A stretch of DNA of 64,000 nt. Source: Dehalococcoidia bacterium (GTDB lineage: Bacteria; Chloroflexota; Dehalococcoidia; Bin125). The translations under genes were made by a program, and so were the position numbers. The stretch covers positions 1,568,001 to 1,632,000 of the forward strand of contig CAXXSR010000001.1 in the NCBI GenBank assembly GCA_963662615.2. The letters are read 5' to 3'. Positions within the stretch are counted from its first letter, which is position 1. Every line of letters begins with the position of its first letter. Shown piece by piece: positions 39,422-53,921 of this stretch. Below the pieces are notes generated by a model that was not told where the DNA came from, ran no database searches, and saw only the letters and a program-made list of their open reading frames with translations.

Positions 39422-40396
39422 CTACAGGAGGGCGCGAAGCTGTTCCCGTGTCACGTTGGCGCCGGACACAACGAGAACCACGTTTTTGTCCTGGAGCCGG
39501 TCCCCTTCTTTGAGGGCCGCCGCCAGCGCGCTGGCGGCGGACGGCTCCGCGAGGACGTGCGCCAGGTCGATTAGCGTGCGCACGGCGTCCGCGATCTGCG
39601 CGTCGTCCACGAGGATGAAGTCGTTGAGGCCGCGCTGCAGGACCGCAAACGGCAGCTCATAGGCGACGCCGGTGGCCAGCCCTTCGGCAAAGGTGGCGTT
39701 GGGCCGCTCCAGCAACTGCCCGCTGCGCCAGGCATCGTGTGCGGCAGGCGCCTGCGCCGACTGCGCGGCCCAGATAGCCGCGGAGCTGTCCAAACCGTCG
39801 CGGGCCGTGATCCAGCCGCAAGCGCCCGAGCCACCGCCCAGCGGCACGATGACGACATCCGTCTCCGGCTGCTGCGTCTCCAGCACTTCCAGGGCGGCCG
39901 TCCCCACGCCGGCAATGAGCGCCGGCTCGTTGGCGGCGTGGACGAAACGGGCGCCGGCGGCGCCGGCGTCCTTCTCGGCCTGGAGGCGAGCATCGTCAAA
40001 GCGGTCACCGATCAGGACCACCTCCGCGCCGAGCCGTTTGATGGCGGTCAGTTTGTCTCGATTGGCGTTGACGGGCATGTAGATCTGCGCCCGCACGTCG
40101 AAGAGGGCGGCCGCGTAGGCGATCGATTGTCCGTGGTTGCCCGTAGAGGCCGTGATCACGCCGGCGCGACGCTCGGCGGGGGTCAGGCCGGCGAGCAGGT
40201 GGATGCCGCCCCGCACCTTAAAGGCGCCAATGGGCGTGGCCGTCTCCATCTTCAGAGAGACGTTGGCGTGCAGCTTCTCGGAGAGGCCGGGGCTGCCGAC
40301 CAGCGGCGTGGGCAGCGAAATGCGGCCGGCAAGGTTGCGCGCGGCGCGACGAATGTCGTCAAGCGTGGGCGCCTCTGTCGGGGCAGGACGCGTCAT
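39422..40396 (-). CDS. Threonine/serine dehydratase (PLP-dependent)
   Basis: GAFKVRG, ASTGNHG, PLGGGSG, EPSA, SGAN. Confidence 0.9.
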   Translation of the reverse strand: MTRPAPTEAPTLDDIRRAARNLAGRISLPTPLVGSPGLSEKLHANVSLKMETATPIGAFKVRGGIHLLAGLTPAERRAGVITASTGNHGQSIAYAAALFDVRAQIYMPVNANRDKLTAIKRLGAEVVLIGDRFDDARLQAEKDAGAAGARFVHAANEPALIAGVGTAALEVLETQQPETDVVIVPLGGGSGACGWITARDGLDSSAAIWAAQSAQAPAAHDAWRSGQLLERPNATFAEGLATGVAYELPFAVLQRGLNDFILVDDAQIADAVRTLIDLAHVLAEPSAASALAAALKEGDRLQDKNVVLVVSGANVTREQLRALL

Positions 40397-40444
40397 GGCT
40401 CGGCTGAGTGTATTGGATGGGCCGGGCGGAGCGAGGCGGTGCGA

Positions 40445-41383
40445 TCACTGCTGGGGCGCCGACCGCGGCCCAACGAGCCGGCGCTGCAAGAGGGCATCGA
40501 CCTCGGCGCGGCTGGGCATCGCCTCCTGCGCGCCCTCCTTGGTGACACAGAGCGCCCCGGCCGCCGCCGCGCAGGGGACGGCGTCCGCCAGGCCCAAGCC
40601 ATTGGCGATGCATGCGGCGAGGGCGCCGTTGAAGGCGTCGCCGGCGGCCAGGCTGGAAACGGCGTCGACGCTGTAGGCGGGATAATGCCCGCCGCCATCA
40701 TCGGCATCGACGTAGACGCCATCGGCTCCCATGGTGACGAGCACGGCTTTGGGGCCAAGTTGGCGGATGCGAGCGGCGGCCGCTGCCGCGGAGTCCGCGT
40801 CATGCACCGTGATCCCACTCCAGCGCCCTGCTTCGCCCTGATTCGGCGTGAGGATATCCACCCCGGCGAAGGCGCCGTCGGGCAGGTCAATGACCGGCGC
40901 CGGGTCCAGGATGACGGTCACGCCGCGTTCGTTGGCGGCGCGGATGCAAGCCGAGGTCACCTCCCAGGGGATCTCAAGTTGCGCCAAGAGGACCCGCGTC
41001 CCGTCTAGCAGGGCAGTGACGTCATGGAGCCGGCCGGGATCGACGAGGCGGTTGGCGCCGTAGATGGCGGCGACACCGGTGCCGGCCCCACCCTCGCAGC
41101 GGACTGCGCGGCGGTCGATGCCAGCCTCGTCGAGCCCGGCGATCATCTCGCGACCCATCCAGTCGTCGCCCACGCAGCCCACCATCGCCACGCGGTCCCT
41201 CGCTGCCAGCAGGCGCGCGGCGGCGACGGCCTGATTGCCCGCCTTGCCTCCTCGGGTGGTCCAGAAGCGCCGACCGACGACCGTCTCGCCAGCCTGCGGC
41301 AGCCGTGGGGCCTCGAAGACGAAGTTGTAGTTGAGCCCTCCGACCACCACGACCCGATTGGACGCACGGCCTGGGTTCGGCAT
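40445..41383 (-). CDS. rbsK: Ribokinase / PfkB family kinase with an apparent short internal deletion
   Basis: GGKAGNQAVAAARL, QLEIP, LTPNQGE, AAGDAFNGAL. Confidence 0.82.
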   Translation of the reverse strand: MPNPGRASNRVVVVGGLNYNFVFEAPRLPQAGETVVGRRFWTTRGGKAGNQAVAAARLLAARDRVAMVGCVGDDWMGREMIAGLDEAGIDRRAVRCEGGAGTGVAAIYGANRLVDPGRLHDVTALLDGTRVLLAQLEIPWEVTSACIRAANERGVTVILDPAPVIDLPDGAFAGVDILTPNQGEAGRWSGITVHDADSAAAAAARIRQLGPKAVLVTMGADGVYVDADDGGGHYPAYSVDAVSSLAAGDAFNGALAACIANGLGLADAVPCAAAAGALCVTKEGAQEAMPSRAEVDALLQRRLVGPRSAPQQ

Positions 41384-41387
41384 GGTG

Positions 41388-42434
41388 CTAGACCGTCACG
41401 CCCACTCCGTCCGCGACGTCCTGAATCTGCCGCCAGGTCTCGTCGTCCAAGGAGATGCCGTCCATGCGCTGGAGCGCGGAGCGGTATTCGGGCTCGCCGG
41501 GGACAAGGATTTCGTCGAAGCCGGGTGCGTAGGGGGGACTCTTCACGTAGTCGGTGAGGCCGCCGACTTTTTGCTGAAATTCATCCATGGGAGTGAACGC
41601 CTCAATGTTCACCGCCATCATCCAGAGGCCATTCCCGCTGGTGAGGGGAGCTTCCGGATTCGAGCATTGGGCGCGGGACAGCGCTCCGCCCAACACCTCC
41701 ACCATGAGCGCAAGCGCGAAGCCCTTGTGTGCCACCGAGCCGCCGGTGGGCAGAATGGCGCCGCGTGGCGGACCGTAGAATTCGTCGGCGGTATGCGCGG
41801 GCTTGCCGGTAGCGGTGGTGGCCCAGCCGTCGGGGACGGGCTCGCCGCGATTGCGCTTGAGCAGCAACTTGCCCTCGGCCACGACGCTCGCCGTCATGTC
41901 AACCAGGAAAGGCCGGTCGGGGCGGCCCGTAGGCACCGCCATGCTGATCGGGTTCGGCGAGGTGCGCGGCTCCACACCGCCGAACGCAGACATGAGCCGG
42001 CCGCCGCCGTTGTTGTTGACCACCGCCATCCCCAAATAGCCCGCCGCGGCGATGATCTCTGGATATGCGCCCAGCCGGCCTACGTGGTTGCACTCGTAGG
42101 CGGTGATCATGCCGATCTTGGCTTGCCTCGCCTTGGCGAGGGCCAATTCCGCGACTTTGCGCGCCGTGACCTGCCCAAAGTCGTGGTGGCCGTTCACGAC
42201 CGCGGTGTTGACCGTCTCGCGCTCCACCGTGATCTCACGACCCGGCAGAATCATCCCGTCTCTGATCTGCTGGGCGTATCGGGGGATGCGGATCACGCCG
42301 TGCGAGTCGTGGCCGGCGAGATTCGATGCCACCAGGTGCTTGGCCACCTCTTCAGCGTCTGCCTCCGGCGCGTCCATGGCCGTGAAGATCCGGGTCGTCA
42401 ACTGCTGGAGCTCCGCCGGGGTGATGGTCGGCAT
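41388..42434 (-). CDS. Ldh_2 (malate/L-lactate dehydrogenase family) oxidoreductase
   Basis: LAGHDSHGV, HVGRLG, NPIS, DMTAS..AEGK, HKGFAL, VPGEPE. Confidence 0.9.
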   Translation of the reverse strand: MPTITPAELQQLTTRIFTAMDAPEADAEEVAKHLVASNLAGHDSHGVIRIPRYAQQIRDGMILPGREITVERETVNTAVVNGHHDFGQVTARKVAELALAKARQAKIGMITAYECNHVGRLGAYPEIIAAAGYLGMAVVNNNGGGRLMSAFGGVEPRTSPNPISMAVPTGRPDRPFLVDMTASVVAEGKLLLKRNRGEPVPDGWATTATGKPAHTADEFYGPPRGAILPTGGSVAHKGFALALMVEVLGGALSRAQCSNPEAPLTSGNGLWMMAVNIEAFTPMDEFQQKVGGLTDYVKSPPYAPGFDEILVPGEPEYRSALQRMDGISLDDETWRQIQDVADGVGVTV

Positions 42435-42637
42435 GGGGCACCTCCGAGCCGCAGGATATCAGCCGTGGGCCTGGGAGCACGGCGGACCCGCCGAGGGGTG
42501 GGGGCGACGGGCCGCGCCGGCCCTGGCACGCGGGCGGGCGAGCGCGATGTCGCACCCGGCGCATTCCCCGGCCGCCCGCAGCGGTACACTTTGCAGCACC
42601 GTCTGAACGGTGACGGGCGTGAGGAGAGCCCTTCTGG

Positions 42638-43936
42638 ATGAGTAGCGATGTAGAACCGCTCCTTGTGGACCTGCAGGAGGCCGCGGCGCGCGCGTCCGAG
42701 CGCTGGCGCGATCAGGATCCCAAGGCGTACACGAGCGAGCGCCTTCGCGGTCTCGGCAGCGGCACGCCCACGGACTGGGGGCTCTCCAAAACGAGCGCGG
42801 AACCCAAGGCGGCGCCGATCTCGCTGGCGGGGGGCATTCCGGACGCGGCGACACAGCCGCGCAAAGAGCTTCTGGGGGCGATGCGGCGCGCCCTGGAGAC
42901 CGAGGACGACAGCCCGCTGGTCTACGGCGGCGCGCTGGGCTACGAACCACTGCGCCACGAGATCGGTCGCTATTTCGGGAGGGACCACCGTGAGCCGCCG
43001 TCGGCGGAGCACTACCTCCTCACGAACGGCGCCGCGGGCGCCATTGACCTGGTCTGCTCGGCACTCCTGGATCCGGGCGACGTGGTGATCAGCGAGGCGC
43101 CGACGTTCCCGGGGTCGTTGCGGACGATTCGGGGGCGCGAGGCCGAGGTGGTGGGCGTGCGCATGGACGACGAGGGCATCCGCCTGGATGAGCTGGAGGC
43201 GGCGATCGGCCGGGTGGAGCGCGAAGGACGCCGCGTGAAGCTGATCTACACCATCGCGACGTTCCAGAATCCCACCGGCCAGGCGATGTCCCTGCGGCGC
43301 CGGGCGGACCTGGTCCGGCTGGCGGCGGAGCACGGCGTCTTCATCCTGGAGGACACGGCCTACGCCGATCTCTATTTCGGTGAGGAGCAGCGGCCATCGC
43401 TTTCGGCCGTGGCCGGCGGACACGGTGTGATCGCCGTGGGAACGTTCTCCAAGGTCATCGCCACGGGTCTCCGGGTCGGCTGGGTGCAGGCCCAGCCCGC
43501 GCTGATCGAAGCGATGGTCCCGGCGCGCTTCGACATGGGGAACAGCCCCCTGCTGCACCGCATGCTGTACGAATACGTGGCGCACGGCGACTTCAAGGCG
43601 CACGTCGAGCGGATGCGCGCGCTCTACAGGCGGAAAGTGCGGACGCTCACGGGCGCGCTGCGCGAGGGCGGCGAGCCTTACTTCGACTTCATCGTGCCGG
43701 AGGGCGGCTTCTTTCTCTGGCTGCACCTGCGGCCCGGGCTGTCAGCGCAAGCGGTGCAGGCGGCTGCCCTGCACGAGGGCGTGATCTTTCCCGTGGGGCA
43801 GGTGTTCTATCCCGACCGCGATCCTGGCGAGGACGGTGAATGCATCCGGCTGGCTCACTCCTGGACGTCCGCTGACGATCTGGAGGAGGCGACAGCCCGC
43901 GTCATCCGGGCCTGTGCGGCGGTGGGCGGGGGCTAG
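42638..43936 (+). CDS. PLP-dependent aminotransferase class I (LysN/ARO8-like)
   Basis: ISLAGGIPD, FQNPTG, EDTAY, GTFSKVIATGLRVGW, PEGGFFLW. Confidence 0.9.
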   Translation: MSSDVEPLLVDLQEAAARASERWRDQDPKAYTSERLRGLGSGTPTDWGLSKTSAEPKAAPISLAGGIPDAATQPRKELLGAMRRALETEDDSPLVYGGALGYEPLRHEIGRYFGRDHREPPSAEHYLLTNGAAGAIDLVCSALLDPGDVVISEAPTFPGSLRTIRGREAEVVGVRMDDEGIRLDELEAAIGRVEREGRRVKLIYTIATFQNPTGQAMSLRRRADLVRLAAEHGVFILEDTAYADLYFGEEQRPSLSAVAGGHGVIAVGTFSKVIATGLRVGWVQAQPALIEAMVPARFDMGNSPLLHRMLYEYVAHGDFKAHVERMRALYRRKVRTLTGALREGGEPYFDFIVPEGGFFLWLHLRPGLSAQAVQAAALHEGVIFPVGQVFYPDRDPGEDGECIRLAHSWTSADDLEEATARVIRACAAVGGG

Positions 43937-43948
43937 ACCTCACCAAGC

Positions 43949-43979
43949 GAGGGGCCGCTCGCGGCGGGAGCGGCCCCTC
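43949..43979. terminator. Hairpin terminator between convergent genes
   Basis: GAGGGGCCGCTC-7 nt-GAGCGGCCCCTC perfect 12-bp stem. Confidence 0.65.
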
Positions 43980-43985
43980 TGAATT

Positions 43986-44021
43986 ACCAGTGTCGAACTG
44001 ACTCACCAGTGTCGAACTGAC
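43986..44021. repeat. 17-bp direct repeat ACCAGTGTCGAACTGAC, 2 copies
   Basis: Copies at 43986-44002 and 44005-44021. Confidence 0.85.
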
Positions 44022-44065
44022 ATGCCGGCCGGCTCATCGCCCCCGGCGGATTCGGTCGCAGCGTC

Positions 44066-45232
44066 CTAGGCGGGCTGCTGCTTGAAGGCGTCTGGCACGG
44101 GCTGGCCGGCGGCCTCATAGGCCTTGCGCATGACGTCCGGCGCGGTTCCGAAGACGTCGGTGGCCCGGTCTTGAGACCACTGGTTCGCTTCTTGGATGGC
44201 GTCCTCCTGGCCCTGGAAATGTGGCAGGACGTAGCGCGCAAAGAGTTCATGACTGTGGAGAATCTTTTCGCGCGGGGCCCATTCGTGATGGCCGTGGAGG
44301 AAGCCGCCGAAGCCTCCTGACCTCTCCTGGAGCTTCTCAATGTGGGCGATGGCGTCGTCAGGCGTTCCGACAATCGCACTCCCGCGTTCGATCGCCTGGT
44401 CCAGCAGGTCCCCCTCGGTGCGGGGCACGGCCAGGGTGTCGTGGAAGTACTCCTGATAGAAGATGTTTGCGCCCTCGCGGACGTCCTCGAAGGCCTTTTC
44501 GCGAGTTTCAGCGATGTAGAGGGGACCGCCGAGCCACCAGTTGTTGCGGTCCATGGCATTACCGTGCTCGGCCGCTACTCCCTCTGCCACGGCCCACCAT
44601 TCGCGGAGCTCCTGGGGGGGGCTGGGGACGAACTGCGGCAGGCTGACAACTCCGGTGCCGTGCCTTCCGGCCAGCGCCATGCCGGACGGGGACATCAGCG
44701 CCGCTACGACCACGGGCACATGGGGGTCGCTATAGGGCGCGAGCTGGAGCCGCGCCTCGTGCATCACGAACCAGTCCGATACGTGCGTCACGGTCTCGCC
44801 GCGGAAGAGGCGCAGGATGACGTCGAGGGATTCATACATGCGGTCGCGCTGGACGATGGGGTCAATGCCCATCATGTAAGCGTCGGTGGTGAGGGCGCCG
44901 GGGCCCACGCCAAAGATGACGCGGCCGCGGGTCATGTGGTCGAGCTGATTGATGCGGTCGGCGACCATGAGCGGGTGATGGTAGGGCAGGCTGATGACGC
45001 CGGTGCCCAGCTTGATATTGCGGGTGCGCTGGGCGGCGGCGGCGATGAATATCTCCGGGGAGGCAATGATCTCCCAGCCAGAGCTGTGATGCTCCCCCAC
45101 GAAGACGGCGTCATAGCCCAATTCGTCCATCCACTCAATGAGCTCCATGTCGCGCTCCATCGCCAGGGTTGGGTTCTGCCCCACCCGATGGAACGGCGCC
45201 ATGAACATGCCGGCCTTCATTCGTCCTACCAT
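44066..45232 (-). CDS. LLM-class flavin-dependent monooxygenase (limonene monooxygenase-like)
   Basis: GMFMAPFH..GQNPTLA, GEHHSSGWEIIASPE, GTGVISLPYHHP, GVGPGAL..DA. Confidence 0.9.
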   Translation of the reverse strand: MVGRMKAGMFMAPFHRVGQNPTLAMERDMELIEWMDELGYDAVFVGEHHSSGWEIIASPEIFIAAAAQRTRNIKLGTGVISLPYHHPLMVADRINQLDHMTRGRVIFGVGPGALTTDAYMMGIDPIVQRDRMYESLDVILRLFRGETVTHVSDWFVMHEARLQLAPYSDPHVPVVVAALMSPSGMALAGRHGTGVVSLPQFVPSPPQELREWWAVAEGVAAEHGNAMDRNNWWLGGPLYIAETREKAFEDVREGANIFYQEYFHDTLAVPRTEGDLLDQAIERGSAIVGTPDDAIAHIEKLQERSGGFGGFLHGHHEWAPREKILHSHELFARYVLPHFQGQEDAIQEANQWSQDRATDVFGTAPDVMRKAYEAAGQPVPDAFKQQPA

Positions 45233-45377
45233 CGCCGCCCTCTTTTCTGTTAGGGTTTCGCCGTTCTAAGCGCCTGTCGGGCGCGAATGCGGGTGTTATG
45301 TTACCCCCCCGATCCGGCGCGAGGCAAGTGAGGCGGCGTCGCGGTTCTGCCGGGCGCGCAAGGAGGTGTCTAGGCCA

Positions 45378-46798
45378 ATGTCCTCTCCACCAGTCAGCTC
45401 CGAAACCAAGCCCCGACCGTCCAAAGCGTTGAGTACGAAGAGCGTGGTCTTCTCCGCCGACTCGCACGTCCTTGAGCCCGGCGATCTCTGGACCAGCCAT
45501 ATCGATCCCGCCTTTCGTGAGCGCGCTCCCCACATTGAGCACTCCCATACGGATGCCGACGGACGGGTGAGCAAGGGCGAATTCATGGTCTGTGAGGGCA
45601 TTGACCCGACGCCGGTTGCGCTCTTTGCGGCTGCGGACGTGGAAGAGCCCAAATTACGGGCGGAGATGGGGAAGCGGGGATACGATCAGCTGCTGTCGGG
45701 CGGCTGGGACCCGGAGGTGCGGCTGAAGGATCAGGAACTGGACGGCGTCGGCGCCGAGATCATCTATCCCAGTATCGGGATGCCCATGTACGGATGCCGA
45801 CGGACGGGTGAGCAAGGGCGAATTCATGGTCTGTGAGGGCATTGACCCGACGCCGGTTGCGCTCTTTGCGGCTGCGGACGTGGAAGAGCCCAAATTACGG
45901 GCGGAGATGGGGAAGCGGGGATACGATCAGCTGCTGTCGGGCGGCTGGGACCCGGAGGTGCGGCTGAAGGATCAGGAACGACGGCGTCGGCGCCGAGATC
46001 ATCTATCCCAGTATCGGGATGCCCATGTTCGGGATCCCCGAGACCGAGTTCCAGCAGGCTGTATTCCGCGCCTACAACAACTGGCTGGCGGAATATTGCG
46101 CCTACGCCCCGGAGCGGTTGCTGGGCCTCGCCATGATCACGCTAGACGACGTGGACTGGGGCGTCGCCGAGCTCCAGCGCGCCCGCAAACTTGGCCTGCG
46201 TGGCGCCCTGATCTGGAATGACCCAGGGCCCGAAAGCTACGCCGACCGCAAATTCGATCCGTTTTGGGTCGCCGCGACGGACCTCGAGATGCCGCTGAGC
46301 CTCCATATCCTGACCGGTAAATCCGGGAGCGGTCTCGACCTCTCGGGGAAGTCGAACCTTTTCGTGGATGCACTACCGCTACACCTTCCTGTCCAGAAAA
46401 CACTGACATCTATGCTCACCTCCGGTGTGTTCGAACGCCACCCCGCGCTGAAATTGCTGTCAGTGGAAAACGACATTGGCTGGCTGGCCCACTTCCTCTT
46501 TCGCCTGGACCATTTCTTCGACGCGCTGCGCTACGCGGCGAATTACACGGATCCGCTCACGCCAACGGAATACTTCCGGCGCAACGTCTGGGCGACCTTC
46601 CAGGACGATCCTGTCGGCGTCGCTACGCGCGAGTTCATCGGCTCGGACCGGCTGCTGTGGGGGTCGGACTACCCACATGGCGACTCGACCTGGCCGCATT
46701 CGCGGGAGGCGATCGAGCGCAACTTCCAGAACGTAGACGCGGCGGAAGTGCAGGCGATCACGCACGACAACGTGCAGGCGCTTTACGGTATCGCCTGA
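45378..46798 (+). pseudogene. Amidohydrolase_2 family protein broken by a tandem duplication (real or assembly artefact)
   Basis: SADSHVLEP, LSLHI, WGSDYPH; deleting 45790-46028 restores a 393-aa ORF. Confidence 0.85.
45549..46028 (+). repeat. 241-bp tandem duplication (second copy lacks 2 nt)
   Basis: 45549-45789 and 45790-46028 match except GGAACTGGAC vs GGAACGAC. Confidence 0.92.
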
Positions 46799-46852
46799 CC
46801 GGGACCGGATGCGGCTTCCGGGTCGCGGCGCCCTGCCAGGCGGCGCGGGACG

Positions 46853-47761
46853 CTAGCCCGCCGCCGGCACACGCTCGCGGAGAAACGCGCCGATGCGCTC
46901 CAACCCCTCCCGCCCCTCCGGCAGGATCGGGAAATAGAGCGGCCAGATGTGAAACATCTCGGGCCAGACTTCGGCGGTCACGTCAACGCCGGCCGCCCGC
47001 GCCTTCTCGGCAAAGCTGGTGGTGTCGCTCAACAAGACCTCGGCATCGCCCACCAGCATGAACAGCGGTGGCAGCCCGCTTGGGTCCGCGTAGAGGGGTG
47101 AAGCGAGCGGAGTCTTGGCATCGGCGCCGTGGAGGTACATCGCCGCCAGCTTGCGGACAAAGTTCACGTCCGTCGTCATGGGGTCCGCGTCGGCACGGGT
47201 CGTCATCGACTCGCCGCTGCAGGTGAGGTCCGTCCAGGCGGAGAGCGTGACGGCGGCATCGGGCAGCAGGTCACCGGCATCGCGCAAAGCGACCAGAGCC
47301 GCCAGAGCGAGGCCGCCTCCGGCGGAGTCGCCGGCGATGAAGGTCGTCGCCGCGGCGCCGGGACCGCTGGGGCCATTGTCACGCATCCAGCGGTAAGCCG
47401 CGCAGGTATCTTCGACGGCGGCTGGGAACGGTGCTTCGGGCGCGAGGCGGTAATCGAGCAGGAGCACGGCGCAGCGCGTGGCCTGCGAGAGCCCCGCGGC
47501 GAAGTGGCGGTGGGTGTTGAGGGAGCCGTAGACGTAGCCGCCGGCGTGGAGGTAGAGGATCCGGGACCCTGGATCGGCGCCGGTGGCGACGACCCATTCG
47601 GCGGGAACGCCGGCCGCGTCCGTGGCGGTGACGGCCGTGGCTTCCGGCAGCGGTAAGGCGAATCCCTCGAACGCGGCCCGCCACGCCTCGACGCTTGCGT
47701 CGATGTCAAAGGGATTGGCACGGAATTGCTCGGCTAGCTCCTGCAGCTGCGTTGATGCCAT
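46853..47761 (-). CDS. Alpha/beta hydrolase, HSL-family esterase
   Basis: HAGG oxyanion motif, DYRLAPE.PFPAA, GDSAGG, MFHIW. Confidence 0.9.
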   Translation of the reverse strand: MASTQLQELAEQFRANPFDIDASVEAWRAAFEGFALPLPEATAVTATDAAGVPAEWVVATGADPGSRILYLHAGGYVYGSLNTHRHFAAGLSQATRCAVLLLDYRLAPEAPFPAAVEDTCAAYRWMRDNGPSGPGAAATTFIAGDSAGGGLALAALVALRDAGDLLPDAAVTLSAWTDLTCSGESMTTRADADPMTTDVNFVRKLAAMYLHGADAKTPLASPLYADPSGLPPLFMLVGDAEVLLSDTTSFAEKARAAGVDVTAEVWPEMFHIWPLYFPILPEGREGLERIGAFLRERVPAAG

Positions 47762-47856
47762 GGCGATAACCCCTGTTCACTGAACTCGTTATCCCAGCTT
47801 TGGAAGGTCCGGCGGTCCCGGCAGCCGGCATCCGCGAGCTACCGGCAGGGGGCCGG

Positions 47857-49170
47857 TCATGTGCACATTCGCCGCACGATCTCGTACATAAGTTCACAGC
47901 CCATGTTGAAGTTGTCGATGGTCAGGTATTCGTCGTGGCCGTGGAACCCCGCCACTTCCTCGGGGCTGAGCAGGTAGGGGATGAAGCCGTAGGCGGGGAT
48001 GCCGCGCTGCCTCAAGAAGCGGTTGTCGGTCGCGCCAACGGTGGTGGTGGGCACGACCACGGCATCCTCCACGGCCTCGACAATGACGGCGTTGATGGTG
48101 CGAAAGAGTTCCGTATCCCAAGGTGCGGCGGCGGGCGGTTCCTGCTGCCAGTCGCTGAAGAAATCGACGTCGACGCGCGGGTCGTCGATCACGGCCATCA
48201 CTTCCTGACGCCAGTCCTCCCGCTCTTGCCCGGGGAGGAGGCGGCAATCAATGACGGCCTCGGCGGTGGCGGGAATAACGTTGGCTTTGACGCCGGCCTG
48301 GAGCATGGTGACGTTGAGGGTGTTGACGAACATGGCGTGCATCAGGGGGTCGCTCGTCAGGATTCCATCCAGTTCAGCCCCTTCGGCTGTCGGGGGGAGC
48401 AGCCCTTCTCGCTTGAGGCGATCCAGATACAGGCGTGATTCCGGGGTGAAGCTGAGAGGCCGCTCCCAGTCGGCGAGCTTTGCCAGCGCTCGGACGAGGT
48501 GCACGGCCGCGTTGTCCTTGTGCGGGCGGCTGCCGTGGCCGGCGGCGCCGGTGGCGGTCAACCGCAGCCAGCAGATGTCCTTCTCGTTGGTAGCGACGGC
48601 GAAGAGCTTTACGTCCCGGCCCGCGAGCCGCGAAAGTCCGGACCCACCCTCGCTAAGTTCAAACTCGACATCGACCACGTCAGGCCGGTGCTTGCAGAGC
48701 CAGTCCATTCCCCAGACGCTGCCCGCCTCTTCGTCTGGCACGGCGCAGAAGATGATATCGCGCTTGAGGGGCAGGGCCCGTCGCTGGAAAAGGAGAAGGG
48801 TCATGAGCTGCATCACGCCGGCGCCCTTCATATCGACGGCGCCGCGGCCATACACCTTGCCGTCTTCGATCAGCCCTGCAAAGGCCGGCTTGGTCCAGTA
48901 TTTGCCTTCCACCGGCACAACGTCCGTGTGGTTGCAAAGCATGAGCGGGCGCCGGCTGCCGTCGCCTCGGAGACGGGCGACCAGCACCTCGCGGTTGGGC
49001 TGCGTTTCGATCAGCTCGCAAGGGATCCCTTCCTGGGTGATGATCTCGGCGAGGAAGCGAGCGGCCGGCTTCTCGTTTCCCGGTGGGTTGCTGGTGTCGA
49101 TTCGCAAGTAGCGGACGAAGAGGTCGAGCGCCTCCTGGAACACGGGGGCCCAATCGATGCCGGAGGCCAT
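47857..49170 (-). CDS. M20/M25/M40 family metallo-peptidase
   Basis: DTSNPPGNE, HTDVVP, GRGAVDMK, DEE, GATD, HGHDE. Confidence 0.9.
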   Translation of the reverse strand: MASGIDWAPVFQEALDLFVRYLRIDTSNPPGNEKPAARFLAEIITQEGIPCELIETQPNREVLVARLRGDGSRRPLMLCNHTDVVPVEGKYWTKPAFAGLIEDGKVYGRGAVDMKGAGVMQLMTLLLFQRRALPLKRDIIFCAVPDEEAGSVWGMDWLCKHRPDVVDVEFELSEGGSGLSRLAGRDVKLFAVATNEKDICWLRLTATGAAGHGSRPHKDNAAVHLVRALAKLADWERPLSFTPESRLYLDRLKREGLLPPTAEGAELDGILTSDPLMHAMFVNTLNVTMLQAGVKANVIPATAEAVIDCRLLPGQEREDWRQEVMAVIDDPRVDVDFFSDWQQEPPAAAPWDTELFRTINAVIVEAVEDAVVVPTTTVGATDNRFLRQRGIPAYGFIPYLLSPEEVAGFHGHDEYLTIDNFNMGCELMYEIVRRMCT

Positions 49171-49428
49171 ACGGCGCTTCTTTCGTCCCTGGGCCCCGCC
49201 CAACTCCCGCGTGGCGGCCGGGGGCGGAGTCGGCGTAGACGCTAGCACGCGGGGCACGGGAAGCAGCGCTGCCAGCGCCAACCACGGACGTGCGCTCCTG
49301 GGACAGCCCTGCGGACGGGTGGGCGGCTAGGATCAGATCCGCGGCGCCGCGACCGGGCTCGATCGGTGCACGGACCCGGGCGCCGCAGTTCGCCCATGCT
49401 AGACTGAGGCTCGGCGGAAATCGAACAT

Positions 49429-53841
<4,413 letters not shown>

Positions 53842-53921
53842 GCGACCGGCTTTCATGCGATCTGACGAGAGCCGCAGCGCCAAAGCAGCCAACGCCGGCG
53901 ACCGTCTCTAGAACCGGCCCT

